Source: Macrostomum lignano (lineage: Eukaryota). From it: a stretch of DNA of 64,000 nucleotides. The DNA lies in contig NIVC01003708.1 of assembly GCA_002269645.1 (NCBI GenBank), positions 17,469 to 81,468 on the forward strand, in the 5' to 3' direction. How positions within the stretch are numbered: position 1 is the stretch's first letter; every line of letters begins with the position of its first letter. Both the position numbers and the translations under genes were made by a program. Shown piece after piece: positions 23,935-55,600 of this stretch. Under the pieces are notes generated by a model. The model did not search any database, was not told the origin of the DNA, and was given only the letters and a program-made list of their open reading frames with translations.

Positions 23935-25995
23935 ACAAACAACAACAACAAAATACGCGGCCCTGCGAGCAAAGGTCACAGTTGAAGCAGGGCGCGCCGC
24001 AGAGCCTGGGAGCGAACGAAGTCCGCTCCGTTGGCAGTGTCTGGCGCCCCAGCGTCGCACAGCAGGCAGTCCACGTATCGACAGGTCCGGGCCTGACCCC
24101 GCCTGAACGGACCCTGCAAGGTGAGCAGCAGGACGTCCTGAACAGGTTGGGGGCAGTAGCCCTCGGCCCGGATCACGTGGCCGCCAGTTGAAATCGCCGC
24201 CGGCGCAGGATGGTGGACGGACGCTGCAGCTTGGCCCGATCGTACAGGGCCTCGGTCCCGACGCTCTCGTCAGCTCGAAAGGCCGCACGGAGCAGTCCTG
24301 AGTGCGCCGAGTCCAGCTGCCGCTCTAGCGTAACGTCTAGCGTCTAGCGCTCTAGCGTAGCCGTCAGCGTCCACGTCTCGGCGTTGTACGGTCTTGGACG
24401 GTTTCGACCACCGCCTGCCACAGCCGAGCCCTCTGGCGGTCGGGCAGCGCTTCGGACTGGAGGACGGCTCGGATCGAACGAAAGGCCACCCATGCAGGCG
24501 AGTCCTCTGCACCGCCGGAGGTCCTCTTCCACGTGGGGCACCAGACCGCCGAGTTAGGTGAACCGCTGGCAGCGTGCGAGCGTGGTCGTCTGCCAGTCTG
24601 CGCCGCGGCACGTCAGGTCCGCTGAGATGTCGGCCGGCACAGTCAGCACCTCGGTCTTCAGCGTGTTGACGATCAGACCGACGCTCGATGCCACCTCGAC
24701 TAGTCTGTCGATCTGGCGCTGGTCGCCTTCAACGGACGAGGACAGGAGGGCGAGGTCGTCGGCTTAGCCAAGCACTCTTTGGTGCTTTTTGCCGTGTCGG
24801 CGACCGATGCGTCTGCGCAGCAGGAAGCCGTCATTAGCCGAGGGGAGTGCGGTCCGAAGCACCCAGTCCAGCAGCAGCACGAAGAGGAACGGCGCTAGCG
24901 TGTCGCCCTGCAGAACTCCTGATGAAGTATCGAACAGGTCAGACAGGCCGTCCGCCGTCACCACAGCAGCTCGAGTATCGCGATACAGCAACATGATAGC
25001 GTCGATTAGCTGCTGCGGGACCCGGTAGGCTCGAAGGACGACGGAAGGCTCTCAGCACCGAATCAAACGCTTTTCGAAAGTCAACGAAGACAATTATCAG
25101 TGTAGACTGGTGGATGGCCGCCTCCTCGATGACCCGGCGGAGTGCGAGGATCTGTGTCACTGTGGCCGGAATCCGTTCTGCTCGTACCGCAGGTACGGGT
25201 CCAGCACCGACTGCAGACGATCGAGCAGCAGCCGATTGAAGAGCTTCGCGGTGCAGGACATCAGCGAGATCCCGCGGTGGTCTTCTTTCCGCGTTGTCCC
25301 TGCCTTCTTCGGGATCGGCACGATGTGCGCGACGGTCCACTTGGTGGGCGCAGGAGCGCCAGCGAGCACGTGGTTCATGACGCCTGTGACCTGGGAGGCC
25401 ACACAGCGGAGCTGCAGCGCTTCGACCCGGGACTTCGTCGGGGCCAAGCGCCTTGCCGCCTGATGTTTTCCGAGCGAACAGCACAACGTCCTCCGTGGTG
25501 ACTGGGCTGGTGCAGAAGTCCTCCTCAGCTGGGAGCGGCGTGTCCAGTGAGAGTGCAAAACTGGCAGCCAGCGGCGACGCGGGCGCGTTCACGATGCCGG
25601 CGAAGAAGTCGCGCAATTCATTTCTGCGCTCCTCCGGGTTCAGGTCTCCGAGCACTGCCAGCGTGTCGCGGTTTGGCACTTCTTCCAGCTGCTCAGCCAG
25701 GAAGTCGAAGAAGGCACGAGCCTCCTCGGGGTGAGCAGCAGTGGGTGCATACGCGCAGAACAGCCGGATGCAGCGGGCGCACAGTCGCAGGTCAACCTGC
25801 ATCAGTCGCGGGGACAGCGAGATGCAATGCACGCTCTGCTGGAGGCGCGGTCGACGCTGCGCGCTGCGCTGACCTCTGCGAGTCCCTGCTGTGCTGAGCT
25901 TTGCTGCCGCAGCCGAAGCGCGGCCGTCCGAGCCAACCGAGGTCATCCGCGGGCTGGTGATCTGGCCGCGATGCCAGGAGGTGTCAGCTCTATTT
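23935..25995 (-). mobile_element. Dead non-LTR retrotransposon (RTE-like LINE), truncated and internally deleted
   Basis: Endonuclease remnant AYAPTA...VLGDLN; RT motifs FVDFRKAFDSV and GVLQGDTLAPFLF; YADD mutated to *ADD (TAA at 24764-24766); YNAETWTLT C-terminal block; (TTG)n-like 3' tail near 23940. Several frameshifts. Confidence 0.9.
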
Positions 25996-26007
25996 GCACG
26001 GGTGTGC

Positions 26008-26060
26008 AAATATAATAGCTCTGCAAATATAATGGCTCTGCAAATATAATGGCTCTGCAA
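26008..26060. repeat. 17-bp unit x3 (AAATATAATGGCTCTGC) at the 5' junction of the LINE
   Basis: Direct reading. Confidence 0.8.
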
Positions 26061-26536
26061 TTACATGTATGTACTCCTGCATACAGGATATTCAATTTAC
26101 ATTTAATACAACATGCAGTGACATCCAGAAGCTAAAACTCGTCATATATTAAATGCATCAAGTGCTCGCAGAGCTACTAACAAAACTTCAAATAAAAATT
26201 GATGTTTCACTACAGCTTCCTGTCTCACTCTCTAAAAGCTTTCATTGCTTTTTGTATTAGATGCATTCAGCTAAGAAAGCACGGGAAACCGTCCATTTTA
26301 GGCAACTATAGACCATTATATACGATCATATTCCTCAATTCCAGGGGAAAGTGATATTCATACAGAAACGCATCTGATGGCGTTACGAGCGTAAAAGCTT
26401 TCTAATAGCCGTATACATTGTTTGCCATTGTGTCTCCATTTCATTTTTTATGACAAAAAGCATAGCGTTGCTACACACCCATGGCTTTATTTGATTTCAA
26501 TGTCTAAGCTTCAACTGAAGTCAGCTAGACCCCAAC

Positions 26537-27615
26537 ATGCAGCACATCGATTTGGATCTAAAATGGACATTGTCCTGCTGCCTGTTTCTACTATCAAAGC
26601 TACATCTGGTGCTTTCATCAGTTGCGAATAATTTTGACTACGTCGGTTGCTACAATGACACGATAATTCGAGATCTTGATGGACTTTTCGGCATCAAAAT
26701 GCTCGGGAAGTACAGCGTGGCTCAAACAGATGACGGGGGTTTTGTCGCATCAGACAGCATGCGACCCGAACTGTGCAGCTCCATCTGCTCAATCGGAGGC
26801 TTTCCGTATTTTGGAGTACAGAACTCGAATGCTTGCTTGTGCGGCCGCAGATACGGACTGTACGGCGCTCTTGACGAGTCCAAATGCTCGAAAGCCTGCT
26901 TGGGAGACGGTTCTCAACGTTGCGGAGCGGCATGGATTAATTCGGTCTATGCTCATAGGAAACCCGGTGAGATACTTCTGCTGTAATCTGGGCTAACAAG
27001 TCCTCACTGAGTTGCTCTGACGTTCACCTTTTCAGAAGTATTCAAGTCAGCTAAATCAAAGATGTCGAAATGTAGGAAAACTACTCGTAGTTTGAGAAAA
27101 TTCTAGGCCTAGGGAGATGGCTATAGCCCAAACTAAAGTTATGTTTAGATAAATTTAAGTATGGGTAAATTCGAGGCAGCCACAATGAGCAAGTGACAAT
27201 TTGAGCTGAAAACAGCCCTCGAATGTGTTGTGCAATTGCAGCGGCTTGGTCTCAACTTGCAGTATCCAGAAAGTAGGATTTCGAATCCAATACATGAATC
27301 TCGCCGGTTTGCGAAGCAACCCACACGTCATGTACAAAAAGCATCCTTTGGGATTTCTCCGGCATTTCAGTCGGATGCGATCGATTCTATCAAGCTGAGA
27401 GAGACTACCTGACTACCTCATCAAACTACTTAAATCCGCTTTATTGGACTGCCGGCGCCGGCGCCACGCTTGACTGCTCACTCAGCTGCAACTCAAGCTG
27501 CCAGGCCTTCATCTACTCCCAAGCCGAGAGCCTCTGTTACCTGCTGAGCTTTGCTCTGGTGCCCAGAAATCTCACTTATGTCGTTGGATTGTTCTTTGTC
27601 AGAGCCTGGAACTAA
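26537..27615 (+). CDS. Secreted WSC + PAN/apple-like protein, paralog B; exons 26537-26966 and 27371-27615
   Basis: YVGCYNDTIIRDLDG...ELCSSICSIGGFPYFGVQ..ACLCG; donor G|GTGAGA, acceptor TTTCAG|TC (phase 1). Exon 2 encodes VGCDRFY...DCSLSCNSSCQAFIYSQAESLCYLLSFALVP...RAWN*; AATAAA overlaps the stop. Confidence 0.85.
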
Positions 27616-27685
27616 ATAAATTCTGGCTTCACTCTCCCATATTATTAGATTTATAGGCTGCGAATTCACAGAAAAAACATTATGA

Positions 27686-28212
27686 ATATCAGCTACAGAG
27701 GGATGTCAGCTACAGAGGAATTTCAGCTACAGAGGGATGTCAGCTACAGAGAGTTGTCAGCTACCGAGGGGTATCAGCTACCAGGGGTGTCAGCTACAGA
27801 AGGAACGTCAGTTACAGAGGGAATGTCAGCTACAGAGGGAATGTCAGCTTCAGAGGGTATGTCAGCTACAGAGGGAATGTCAGTTACAGAGGGGTGTCAG
27901 CTACAGAGGAATGTCAGCTACAGAGGGGTGTCAGCTACAGAGGGGTGTCAGCTACAGAGGGGTGTCAGCTACAGAGGGGTGTCAGCTACAGAGGGGTGTC
28001 AGCTACAGAGGGGTGTCAGCTACAGAGGGGTGTCAGCTACAGAGGGGTGTCAGCTACAGAGGGGTGTCAGCTACAGAGGGGTGTCAGCTACAGAGGGGTG
28101 TCAGCTACAGAGGGGTGTCAGCTACAGAGGGGTGTCAGCTACAGAGGGGTGTCAGCTACAGAGGGGTGTCAGCTACAGAGGGGTGTCAGCTACAGAGGAG
28201 TGTCAGCTACCG
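27686..28212. repeat. 17-bp minisatellite (GTCAGCTACAGAGGGGT), about 31 copies
   Basis: Direct reading; 17-aa periodic ORFs. Confidence 0.95.
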
Positions 28213-29204
28213 AGAAACCGAGAGGGTAGCAGGCAAGCCACATAGGAAGATAGATACTCAGCTGAAAAAACTCCCGAGGCAATGCTCGTGCTCAGTTGGG
28301 CTCGGTTTTATGGCTATCCATTGTGCAAGTTGACTTAACTATTTACCACTTTTTTTCTCTTGCTAAGTACGCGGATTGAATTCGTTTAAATTTTCACAGT
28401 TCTGTCGCGAAACGAAATAGCATGCTTATGAGGTGTTTTATTTGTATAATTAGCTATCTTTAATTCATTGACAAAAGCATATGCAGTGTTTCCATCCGGA
28501 GGTAAGACATGCTTACAAAACATTTTAGCGTATATTAACTTGACGCTAAAATATATATCGTAGACTTTTTCGTCTTCAATAACTCTTAAAATCTGAACTA
28601 AGTAACAAACAATTTTTGCTGTGGAATTTCAGTTAGGGAAATTCAAGACAATATAATACGAAAATCTATCTTCACAACTGCTTTTTCTGAGTATTTTAGT
28701 GTAAGAAAAGTAAAGAGTTGCAAATCATAGAATACAAGAGGCATCTGGTCCATTGTCTGCGTTGGCTAAAATTAGTACAGACGTATTTTCCTGAAGTTAA
28801 TAAATATTAAGTGATTATATAGACAGGTTTGGTCTACAGTTTGTACTACTCTAACAAAGACGGCTACATAGAAAAGCTGTTTGATGCAGTTATTGGTAGA
28901 AAAGAACGCGTAAAATTACCGCTATCAAAGTAAATTTGTTCAAATTGTTTTTTTCTTTGAAACATTTGATATCTTTAAATAGCTCTAAAATAATAAGTGG
29001 AGAAAACCTACACCCTTAAGTATAAAACTTAGTCTTCAGTCTTCAGTGATAGAGATTAGAGGCTTGTTTTGAACGTTTTATAAAAATCAATCAGCCGACT
29101 GTCTGAGCTGCAGCCTGTGAACCAGCTGCGACCGGCGCGGCGGATACGGCCGTTCCGTTGTCGAGTACCGGCCCGGACAGTGCCACCAGGCCGCCTTGTG
29201 CCCG

Positions 29205-48497
<19,293 letters not shown>

Positions 48498-48699
48498 TTA
48501 CATGCAATTGAAAAGGCGATATTTTTGCTGGGAGCATTTTTAAACATAAAAAATAATAGTATAAAACTAAACGTCATAATTGATTTGAGAATAACGATGT
48601 AGACTAATAATTAATCTAATTTTTCTGTTTTATGTTTTAGATCTGCATATGGCTATATCTAAGGCTGGAATAATTAATTGCTCTAATTAAAGAATCCAT

Positions 48700-49900
48700 A
48701 GGCCCTATACTAAAAATGGTCTGTCGGCAGGTATGCGATCGAACACAGAAAAAAGTTAATAAATTTGAGCCGTATACTAGCTACATCATGATAAAATTTT
48801 GTCTGCTTCTTTCAGTAATTTTTGTCACTGGTAGTAGCTATCGAAAAAAATCTGGATGCATCGAACTCGTTAAAAACTAAAATTTTCTATCCAAAACTGC
48901 TTATGTGACTTTATTAAAAGTCAAAACTCAATTTCAGAACATAAAGTGACTAATTTTCGCAATTTATAAACGTTCTTCGAGGCTTTTTATTGTAGACTCT
49001 TCAAGTTTTTTCAAATCAACTTTTTAGCTTTGGTTTGGCTTTGATTTTGGTTTACCTACGAATAGAAATCGTAGATAAATAAAAAGGATTTGAGAGTCAC
49101 AATAGGCAAAGCCAGTTCTTTTTAAAAAAAAATTGGGTTGTCTTGCTCTTGATATTTTCGGATATTATATTTAAACAGTGTGGCAACGAAAAATAGTATT
49201 CTTTAACCGATATTGAATAATTGAAAGCTTACACCAGTTACAACTTTTAACAAAGTTTGCTGCCGGTTTTACTTTGACTTGTAATAAATGCATATTGTAT
49301 TTACAAGTAATAAAAACTAGTCTAAGTTAAATTTGGGTTTATGTTCAGAAGGGTTACTGTTTAGGGATAATACAAAAAATAAATAATTCGAGCGACAAGA
49401 AATCTTACCACTCGAGACTTACAGATCGATTCGGCAATCTATTGTAAACAAACCACTTCTGCCGAGGACACGCCACGCGGCCGCACGCGGGGTGTCAGGC
49501 TTAAATACAATGTTCATTGTCGTTAAAGATTAGCACGTGACAATGTAGTTTTAGCTCTGTATTTACTTTCTAATGCTACAACCCAAGCAAAACTATGTAA
49601 TTTAATTAAATTACCAGAAACCCTCTAACCAAGTCAAATAAAATCGACTAGGCCCTATTTACTATTCAATTCGATCACTATAAAATAATATAAAATTATA
49701 CTATCAGTTACAATCGCAAAAGTTATGTATTATGTGTTTAAGGCAATTTAGGACCTAATATTTCTACAAGCCTCATTGGGTAATATTATTAGGGCCTAGC
49801 CGGCAAGCATTATTATTAATGAATTCGTTGGGAATCATTTGGGCAGGTATTAATGATCCAGATCCAGAAAATTTTGAACGAGGCGCGCAGATTACTAAGT
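48700..49900. promoter_or_regulatory. CpG-retaining region, likely divergent promoter between the NACHT-TPR gene (-) and the RUN gene (+)
   Basis: CpG cluster (for example CACGCCACGCGGCCGCACGCGG near 49470) and minus-strand GTAAG donors near 49405-49420 suggest a 5' UTR exon; abrupt CpG loss after about 49900. Confidence 0.5.
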
Positions 49901-51968
49901 CATAATTAGGCCTAATTAAAACCAAAGATAGGAACTATTTGCAATTGCAACAATTTTAGCTAAAAATTTCTATATAACTTATTTTTCCTTAAGTTTATAA
50001 ATCTTAGTAACAGTAACATATTATTTGTTTATTACCTTAAAATGGCAGCATAGGCAGAGAGATAAAAGAGGCTGCTGCCCCTAGATGACTATTTTCCTAT
50101 CCTCCTAAGAGGTGACCACCCTCTCTATTACTAGCTTTCTATGGGATGACCTACCATAATTTTTTTAGTATGAGCTCATTATATGTGTTTTTAAAGATTT
50201 TGGTATAATTTTCCATTCCGATTCTAAAAATTTGCTGGGAAAGAGGGGGACCACCCAACCTGCCAACCATTGCCCCCCTAATTTGAAGTGCTATGCCTAT
50301 ACTACTAACAACTTACCTTAGGTCTAATTTAGCTTTTTTAGCTTTTAGGTTTTTTAATATTGTAAATTTGTAAGTTGTGCTTGTATTTGCTATCTTAATT
50401 AATTGCAATTTGCTATAGTAATTATACTTCTCAATTTAACTAATAGTGTTGAACTTGTAATGTTAAAAAATTGTTAATCATGACCAAAAGGCAAAGTCTT
50501 TTTGCATTAAATGACTAAGTACTAAAGGTCTAATTGTACTAAAATACTTGGTCTTTTCATATATCTATTATTAAACAAAATATAGATATGTTCAACAAGT
50601 TTAGTTTTCTTTTTCCTTGCTATATAGACCCTAGTATTATTATTCTAATAGGGGCTTATATTATTTTTTGAAAATTCATATGGACTAATTTAATTGTAGT
50701 AATATAGATAGGCATAAGCTTTGGTCTATGACCTTAGATAAAAATATTCGCTCTGCAATATGGCTTTTAATAAACTTCTAGGCCTTTGCTAAATGTTAAC
50801 ATCAATGTTATAGCAAAGTTGATAATTTATTTATTAACAATCATAGTTTATTAATATTTTATTATGTTTTAAAATAGAAAAGTTTTTAAAACAAAAAAGA
50901 TATATAAAATCTGAGAGTAAGACTAAGTCTCAAATTTGCTTTTGATTTTGTTGGTTAATACTATTTTAAAATAATAACTATCTTTAATGTTTCATGATGT
51001 ACATAATATTTTTGTATCTTTCAGGCACCTTATCAAGTAAAAGTTAGTAAAGAAGTATATAACTAGTCTATTTGTGGCATCTGTCTCCTAACTGAGTCAC
51101 ATGGAACATGACTTCTTTCTTCAGGGTAGGGTAAGTTCTTTTTTTTAATTCAAGCATGTTCATTTTGAACTATTATTCAAATTAAATCATTTGTAAACAA
51201 ATGTTGTCAATGTGTATCATAGCAAACTTAAATTTGGTATTTCATTTTAAACCCTAAATGCCAAATTTATACCCTGTTCCCTGATGTTCTTTAATTTAAG
51301 TTCAGTATTTTTTAAACTTTTTCATTAAGTTAACTTTTTCATTTTTCATTTGAGAGAGAGACACTTAGCAATGTAGATTATGGAATGTAGAAAGAGATGT
51401 TAGTGTTTACTTTGATTTTTTAGTTATTTGACTGTTACCAAACAGCACTATCTAGCACTATCTAGTGATGTGACAATAACAGTTAAAATTAAATTGTATA
51501 TAATCCTGATATGGATTATTGATCTAAAATTTTCATTATTGCTATATTGTAGAACATAATCTACAGTAGTATCTGAATGTAAGAAATCCATTATATTTAA
51601 TGTTTATTCAAATATTATTTTGTCTAATTAATTTGTCCATTTTTTTATAGGTAGTTGATACAATTACATTCATTTCCTTTACTATTGGTGATATTGGTAA
51701 AGTTTTAAAAAATGTATTTCAGTTGGTTCATCTTGCTTTTGTGCTAACAGATATGGTTAAACAGAGAATTTTCTCTTGAATACCAGGGTTACTGAGTTTA
51801 CTGTAGACTCTGTAGGTTTGGGGTCTTACATTTATATGACTTTTACATCTTATATACTGGTTTGGTGTATTTTGCTTTACATTTTTTAAGCCTTCACAAA
51901 GCTATTCTAGCTAATCATTAATCCTAGTGATCTCATTGTGTGGTATATACTTATAGTACTATCACTGT

Positions 51969-52590
51969 CCTCCCAGATCCTTAGTCGCTGCGCCACCTAG
52001 ATCCTCAGTTGCTGAGCCTACCTCCCAGATTCTCAGTTGCTGGGCCAGCTTCCCAGAGTGTCAGTTGCTGGGCCAGCCTCTCAGAGTGTCAGTTGCTGGG
52101 CCAGACTCTCAGATCCTCAGTTGCTGGGCCAGCCTCCCAGAGTGTCAGTTGCTGGGCCAGCCTCTCAGAGTGTCAGTTGCTGGGCCAGACTCTCAGATCC
52201 TCAGTTTCTGGGCCAGCCTCTCAGAGTGTCAGTTGCTGGGCCAGACTCTCAGATCCTCAGTTGCTGGGCCAGCCTCTCAGAGTGTCAGTTGCTGGGCCAG
52301 ACTCTCAGAGTTTCAGTTGCTGGGCCAGCCTCTCAGAGTGTCAGTTGCTGGGCCAGACTCCCAGAGTTTCAGTTGCTGGGCCAGCCTCTCAGAGTGTCAG
52401 TTGCTGGGCCAGACTCTCAGAGTGTCAGTTGCTGGGCCAGACTCTCAGAGTGTCAGTTGCTGGGCCAGACTCTCAGATACTCAGTTGCTGGGCCAGCCTC
52501 TCAGATACTCAGTTGCTGAGCCAACCTCCCAGATCCTCAGTTTCTGGGCCAGCCTCCCAGACACTCAGTTGCTGAGCCAGCCTCTCATAT
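51969..52590. repeat. Second array of the ENT-intron 28-bp minisatellite family, about 22 copies
   Basis: Same CAGTTGCTGGGCCAG core with both GATCCT and GAGTGT subtypes. Confidence 0.95.
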
Positions 52591-52676
52591 CCAGGGCCGG
52601 AGCCGGCCTTTCAGATTCTCAATTTAAACAGGTCGCTAAAACTAACTGATTATCTATCTTCCTTCACCCCCTCAAG

Positions 52677-55600
52677 ATGTGCGAAAGCGCCTTCGCCGCA
52701 TTCGGCGGTGGCGGCGGTATCAGCAGTCCAGAATGTGCAAGCGCCACAGGCGGGCCGCAGCAGCAGCAGCACTGGCGACTAGGATTCCTGGAAAACGCTG
52801 CTGGAAGAAGCGGCTCGGATATTAGCGGACCGAATTCTGCACTGACGGGCGTCGCCATGAACCTAATGCTGGACTCCACCGCTCAGGAGTTGGCATTCGA
52901 CGAAGATTTTATGCAACCGTTTGAACCTCTGGCTTGTAAGTTTAGCGTGAGCGCTGATTTGGGGGCTGGAGAAGTCACTCCTAACCGCAATCTCTAAATC
53001 CATATACAAGCACACATTCTAGTACCACCTAACTCCATCTGCCACCACTATTAGCTCTATCTACCACAGCTCATTAACTCTATCTACCACAGCTCATTAA
53101 CTTATCTACCACAGCTCATTAACTCTATCTACCACAGCTCATTAACTCTATCTACCACCGCTCATTAACTCTATCTACCACAGCTCATTAACTCTATCTA
53201 CCACAGCTCATTAACTCTATCTACCACAGCTCATTAACTCTATCTACCACCGCTCATTAACTCTATCTACCACAGCTCATTAACTCTATCTACCACAGCT
53301 CATTAACTCTATCTACCACAGCTCATTAACTCTATCTACCACCGCTCATTAACTATCTACCACCGCTCATTAACTCTATCTACCACAGCTCATTAACTAT
53401 CTACCACAGCTCATTAACTATCTACCACAGCTCATTAACTCTATCTACCACAGCTCATTAACTATCTACCACAGCTCATTAACTCTATCTTCCACAGCTT
53501 ATTAACTCTATCTTCCACAGCTCATTAACTCTATCTACCACCGCTCATTAACTCTATCTACCACAGCTCATTAACTATCTACCACAGCTCATTAACTATC
53601 TACCACAGCTCATTAACTATCTACCACAGCTCATTAACTCTATCTACCACAGCTCATTAACTCTATCTACCACAGCTCATTAACTCTATCTACCACCGCT
53701 CATTAACTCTATCTACCCATTAACTCTATCTACCAAAGCTCATTAACTCTATCTACCACAGCTCATTAACTCTATCTACCACAGCTCATTAACTCGATCT
53801 ACCACAACCCAAAATATCTAGCGCAACCCCTAAAACTACCTACCACCTTCACCACTCCCAAACGCTACTACTATAGCCTACCATTATCACCCATTGTCAT
53901 AATAAATGATTGATGAACTGATCAAACCTATGTAAAATTTGTGGTTGAACTTTTATATACTCGTAAAAGCTGAACAATATAATCCATACTGTTTCATTTC
54001 ATTACTTTTCTATTTGAATTCCTTACAACTTATTCCCTTTAATAAATTATTGTAGCTTTACTTCCCTAGACTGTCAAAGATAATGTCGTCATACATTTAT
54101 TCCTGCCCGTTTATACCCAGGCTCTTCAGTGCCATTGGCTAAGTGTCTCTTGTCTTTTTTAGATTAACTCCTTTCCTTAGTCCTATCCTTTTCTGTACTA
54201 GGGTTGTCCAGGGAGGCTCAGGAAGGCTATTCTGAAAGAGAGAATAATATTCAGATCGATATTCTGAGCTTTCAGTTCGGCCTTTGAGGGCTACTAAAGG
54301 CTAAAAGGTTTAATCCTTTTTCACTTTCTCACCCCATAATGTGACAGAGTTTCACACTTGGTATGTGTCAATAATATTTCAACTTGAATTATGTTATAAA
54401 TATTATTTACAATAGTAATCTTGTCAACATAATTAATCTGCTAAGAACCTCCCTACTGATTTATTAGTAGGCCTACTAGATATCTGAGTTTGCACTTTTG
54501 TTCAACCTCTGAACAACCCCTAGTAGAAACTGCTGCATAGTGTAGCCAATTCTGTATGGTTTTCTCCTGGGAGGTAGGGAGAGGGAAGCATGTATTCCCC
54601 ACCCACTGGATACTGACCAAGACAAGGCTAGGTAGGATCAGTGTTTCACTGACACTGTTCTGCCCCGGTCTCTGTAAGAAGCAAGCAGAAAAGTGCGAAC
54701 TTCGGTTATTAATGTTCATAATTTTATAACCATAATTATTTCTTCAAAAGTTTAAAGTTTCGGCGCAAAAGATGTTTTTTATATGGAGAGCGACTTTTAG
54801 AACTTTTTTTGGTTAGCGAAAATTCGTTAGCAAGTAATACAAGATAGAGAAAAGTCTGCACTTTCTGCTTTAAAAGAAGAAAAACACAGAAAAATGCAAT
54901 CTAGAAGCAATTTTAATGTTCTGTTTTTTCTAGCGTCAAAATGTTTCTAACCGTGCATCTAGTGGCTGAGGTAGGGATGCTGGCTGTTGACTCGGGCTGT
55001 GTGGGCGGCTGATGCCTAATGGCCCACTGGGTGCAAGCTCGGCAAATCCAGCAATTGAAAGTGTACGTATGGGGTTTCTCTCTCTCTCTCTCAGTCTTTC
55101 CTGCTCTCTCTACTTGCTTAGTCATCAATCTATATAATACACTAGCATCCCGCGGTGCGGTTTCTTTCTTAGAAAAAAGTTACGATAGGAAACATGTTTC
55201 AGTGGTTGTAGGGGCGTCGCCATGGATTTTTTGGTGGGGGGGACAAAGCCAATAATTATACATGTACATGTACATGACTAAATTCTTACATGTACATTAT
55301 TTTCAGAATCGGTGTTGTTAGCAGTTATTTTAACGCAGCAGGCACTCATTTTAGCGCCTCGAGCACTCATTTTAGCGCAGCAGGCACTCATTTTAGCGCC
55401 GCAGGCACTCATTTTAGCGCAGCAGTCACTCATTTTAGCGCCTCGGACACTCATTTTGGCGCTGTATTGTCGCCCTGCAGCAAAATTATTGATTTCCATA
55501 ACGGGTCACACGGTGGGGTGGGGGACAGCATGTCCCCCCCCCAGATCTTTACTGGAGGGGAGGGGGGCATGTCCCCCCCGTTGGCGACGCCCCTGAATGG

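Noticed and set aside
27150-27360. Hidden minus-strand exon inside the intron of WSC paralog B
   Set aside because: No convincing splice sites or motif; one frame has an internal stop; it lies beyond the host gene's stop codon.
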